A stretch of 64,000 nt of DNA from Eledone cirrhosa. Lineage: Eukaryota. A program made the translations under genes and the position numbers. The stretch covers positions 1,240,001-1,304,000 of the forward strand of contig OZ024758.1 of the NCBI GenBank assembly GCA_964016885.1, written 5' to 3'. The notes beneath the pieces are model-generated. The model was not told the DNA's origin and did no database searches. It saw nothing but the letters and a program-made list of their open reading frames with translations. Positions 59,967-64,000 of the stretch are shown piece by piece. Position 1 is the first letter of the stretch, and every line of letters starts with the position of its first letter.

Positions 59967-60226
59967 TTAGCAAGCAACGAAACATAATTCACATCATATG
60001 GGTTATTAATATGAAGAATCATTACAAATATATCAGCAAGAAGCAACCCAACCAGGTCTTACAGTGTCTATCTCGTTATCTAACATATAACAATAAATGA
60101 ACTTATAAAGTTACAATTTATCTGCCTAGACACGTTCACAAAATATCTGAGACATTGAAACGAATATTAGTACATCGAAAATTCCGATGTGCTTGAAATT
60201 ATGGTTTAACGAGGATTATATTTCTC

Positions 60227-60272
<46 letters not shown>

Positions 60273-60299
60273 GAGAAATATAATCCTCGTTAAACCATA

Positions 60300-60353
<54 letters not shown>

Positions 60354-60486
60354 CTTACAGAAGATTATTTATGTCCAATTTGCAGAACATCGTCATGAAA
60401 AGATCACCAAAATACTCATATATCTAATTTATAAAAGGATATATATGTTATTATATATAAGTTATTATATATATATATATATATAT

Positions 60487-60603
<117 letters not shown>

Positions 60604-61057
60604 CAGAGGGAGAGAGTGAAAAAGAAAAAGCCAAGGAAACACTGAGAAAGAGACATACATATGTCAAATGCCCTCAGATAAAATATCAAGATATTTGTAT
60701 TTAATAAAGTATAACTTGTATATATATATTGATAGACTTTTGTAAAAAGTGAACACCACATAGAGAGAGAGAGAGAGCGGGGAGAGAGGCGGGGAGAAAG
60801 AGTGAGAGAGAGAGAATTGAATCCAGTTTGTATTAGAGACTGCGATATTTTTATCGATCTCGATTTGTCTTTAGTTGTTGAATCGTTTGTTTACGGAAGA
60901 GAAAATGACACAAGTGCATAAATATACACACACGTATATACACACACATATATACACAAATGTGTGTCTCTTTGATCTTTTCTTGCTCTACCCATCTCCA
61001 TTTTCGTCTCCTCTCTAATTCTGTTTTATATATTTATGGCTTTCAGATAAGTATAGT

Positions 61058-61320
61058 GGAGGTGTGTGGCCTAGTGGTAACAGTGTTGGACTTACGATTG
61101 TTGGTTCGATTCCTGGACTGGGTTGTGTGTTGTGTTCTTGAGCAAACTACACCATGTTACGTTGCTCCAGTATACTCCAGTATGCTCAGCTGAAAATGAG
61201 TACCAGCAATAGCTGGGGTTTTAACCTTGTGACGGTCTGGCGTCCTCTCCAGGTGGATTCTTATACTCTCGAGTTGTTTAACGCCACAAAAGGTGGGATA
61301 AGTACTGGCATCATAAGTGT
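61058..61320 (+). mobile_element. Second SINE family copy
   Basis: TGGCCTAGTGGT, GGTTCGATTCC, TGTTCTTGAGCAA, CAGCTGAAAATGAGTACC. Confidence 0.7.
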
Positions 61321-61687
61321 CTAGGCTCGAAATTGACTTTAGACCTTTTAGAGAGGTATTACAACAGAAAAGCACAACCTGATGGAGAAAGATTGTACTG
61401 TCACATCATTGCAGACATGAAACAATAACATTATCAAATTAGATATTTCTACCACAATATTCCTCACATCACATAAACAACTGTGGCATAAAATTCATTG
61501 TCATCATTAAATATTTTCTTACCCATCCATAAATATTGTTGATTGTCAAGTCCAGAATATAAGCTAAAAACAAGGAAGCCTTCAACAGTAAATTGTAGTT
61601 ACTATATTTACGTTAATTTGCGTCTTTTAGATTTATGTATTGTTATAGACCCAATGTTAAGATTTGGGCAATACTAAATATCATAAG

Positions 61688-61870
61688 AAAGGCAGAGAAT
61701 TGGCAAAATTGTTACAACATCTAATACAACACTTTACGGTATTAGTTCTGCCTCATTGCTCTTAGAATTCAAACACAGCTGAAGTCAACTTTGACTTTTA
61801 TACTTTCAAGCTCGATAAAAAAAATACCAGTCTAGTACTGGGGTCGATTATTCTTCTATAACCCTTTCTC
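61688..61870 (+). mobile_element. Old SINE copy
   Basis: GGCAGAGAATTGGCAAAATTG...GAATTCAAAC..GTCAACTTTG..GATAAAA..TACCAG..CTGGGGTCGAT. Confidence 0.65.
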
Positions 61871-62141
61871 ACTTCTCTTCTCTCATTCTCTCTATCCTTC
61901 TCTGGAATAAATCTTCTGTATACGGACCTGGAGAGGAGATGGGCACCGCCAGGAATTAAAATGTCCTAGAAATGCCTAATGTCAATACAGGGCGCGTACA
62001 ATTCCCTCAGTAATAGAGATGGGGAGGGCGAGAGAGATGGAGGCGATGACAGTGGGAGTTCGTCTCTTCCATGTTCGGACCATATCCTTGTGGTTGTGTT
62101 CATTATCGATAGAGTTCATTCTATTATCAAGACTGAATCAA

Positions 62142-62365
62142 AGGGCGGTGGATTGGCAGTATCGGTAGAGGGTCGGATGCCATGCTTTGCAGCAAAGAGT
62201 TACGGCCTTTTATGATCTGAGTTCAAATCCCGCCGAGGTTAACTTTATTTTATTGTCCCTATAAGGATGAAAAGCAAAGTACCAGTCACGCAATGGGGTC
62301 AATTTAATCAACTTTCCCCTCCCCCCAAATTGCTAGCCTTGTGCCTATATAAAAAACCATTATTA
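62142..62365 (+). mobile_element. tRNA-derived SINE with long TSD
   Basis: Family match; AAGACTGAATCAAA flanks both ends (~62129 and ~62365). Confidence 0.85.
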
Positions 62366-62705
62366 AGACTGAATCAAAAACGCTTTGATAAAGTCACATA
62401 TCAGAGAAGACACCATTACGGGACGATGCCATAACAAATGTCATATAGAAACAGAAAAATCAACAACAACACATCAAAGTATGTATATAGAGAGAGTTTA
62501 ATGAGTCAACCAATTTGTTTGTCAGTTAAAAAAAAGACAAAATAATAGGTAAATAAAATACATTAGGAATAACAGAAGATGCAGATTATCGATTATTTAA
62601 AAATATATCAATCGACCTCAAAAATGTTAGTCGCATTTTTAACCCTTTTGCAATTGATTCATAAAAGAAAAAATGCATATTTGGAGAAAGGCAGCGATTG
62701 AAATG

Positions 62706-62761
<56 letters not shown>

Positions 62762-63198
62762 TATATATATTCATATATATATTCATATATATATTCATAT
62801 ATATATTCATATATATATATATAGATATAGATATATAGATATATATATATATATCCGTAATATCCGTAATACGAAGATATAGAAATATAGTTATATATAT
62901 ATAATGTTTTAATAGAAAAACAATAAACCGGTATTTTAATGCACACTTATATCATATTGTTGTTATAACTTTTGATTAGATCATAAACATTTGAAGGGAA
63001 ATTGTGTGTGAATGCATATATGATGATTATAGGTTTATGAAGAGAGCGGGGAGTGTTAGCATATTTCCTTGCTTGTATGTATATGTATATTATATGTATG
63101 TAAATGAATATATTTAGAATATATGCGCAGATACAAAAGAAGCACATACATATATGTATATACATAGATATTTATATACATAAATATATATATATATA

Positions 63199-63245
<47 letters not shown>

Positions 63246-63247
<2 letters not shown>

Positions 63248-63592
63248 TTTACTTGTTTAAGTAATTAGATTGCGGCCATGTTAGGGCCACGCCTTGGCTT
63301 ATTCGATCATATCATCCAAATATTTATTATTTCAAGAGAGGTACTTCATTTATCGACCTCTTTTTGTCGAACCGCTAAATCACGATACAATACTACAGGC
63401 ACGAACATAAACACAGACATGGATACACACACATATACATGAGTGTGTATGTGTATGTGCGTGTGTCTGTGTGTGTACTGGACGGGCGTCAGCTATTACC
63501 ACCTACTAAATCCATTCCTAAACGTTGGTCAAACCGAGGCGATAGCAAAATACAGTTGCCCAAGGTGCCACACAACGGGACTGAACCCAGAG
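63246..63592 (-). mobile_element. Third SINE-like family (minus strand)
   Basis: Ends in TTGCCCAAGGTGCCACACAACGGGACTGAACCC (reverse B-box/core); 5' part TTTTACTTGTTT..TGCGGCCATG. Confidence 0.55.
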
Positions 63593-64000
63593 ACAACAGA
63601 TAGATGATGAGAACGAAGTGGTGAGAGAGATGGCTATTTATATATGTATATGTGTGTAAATATATATATAAATATATATACGTATATATACATACATATA
63701 TATATATGTGTGTGCGTATCTCTCTCTATCTATATATATGTATATATGTATATATATATATGAATATATATATATATATATATATATATGAATATATATA
63801 TATATATGAATATATATATATATATGAATATATATATATATATGAATATATATATATATATATGAATATATATATATATATATGAATATATATATATATA
63901 TTCATATATATATATATATATATATATGAATATATATACATATATATATGTATACATATATACATATAGATAGATAGAGAGAGATATATATGAATATGAA

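Overview
Eukaryotic, AT-rich, extremely microsatellite-dense animal DNA. The repeat families resemble octopus/coleoid cephalopod repeats (recognition from memory, not a database result). One host gene can be reconstructed: an 11-coding-exon SLC23/NAT (nucleobase-ascorbate transporter) gene on + (35549..53033, about 615 aa, all GT-AG junctions phase-compatible). Its substrate-site motifs are strongly altered, including an apparent reciprocal His<->Asn swap between TM1 and the NAT signature. Its first coding intron holds an apparently intact, very young 7.3-kb Penelope-like retroelement (Naiad-type RT + GIY-YIG ORF). This element has ~1.1-kb near-identical direct pseudo-LTRs, each with a type I hammerhead ribozyme whose stem II is ~116 nt long. 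Many small hammerhead-bearing modules, often fold-back (inverted) and often embedded in (TA)n, are scattered through the window and belong to several unrelated families with unusual cores. The remainder is tRNA-derived SINEs, LINE (RTE, CR1) remnants, hAT and mariner derivatives, minisatellites and microsatellites. Almost all ORFs in the supplied track are microsatellite artefacts.
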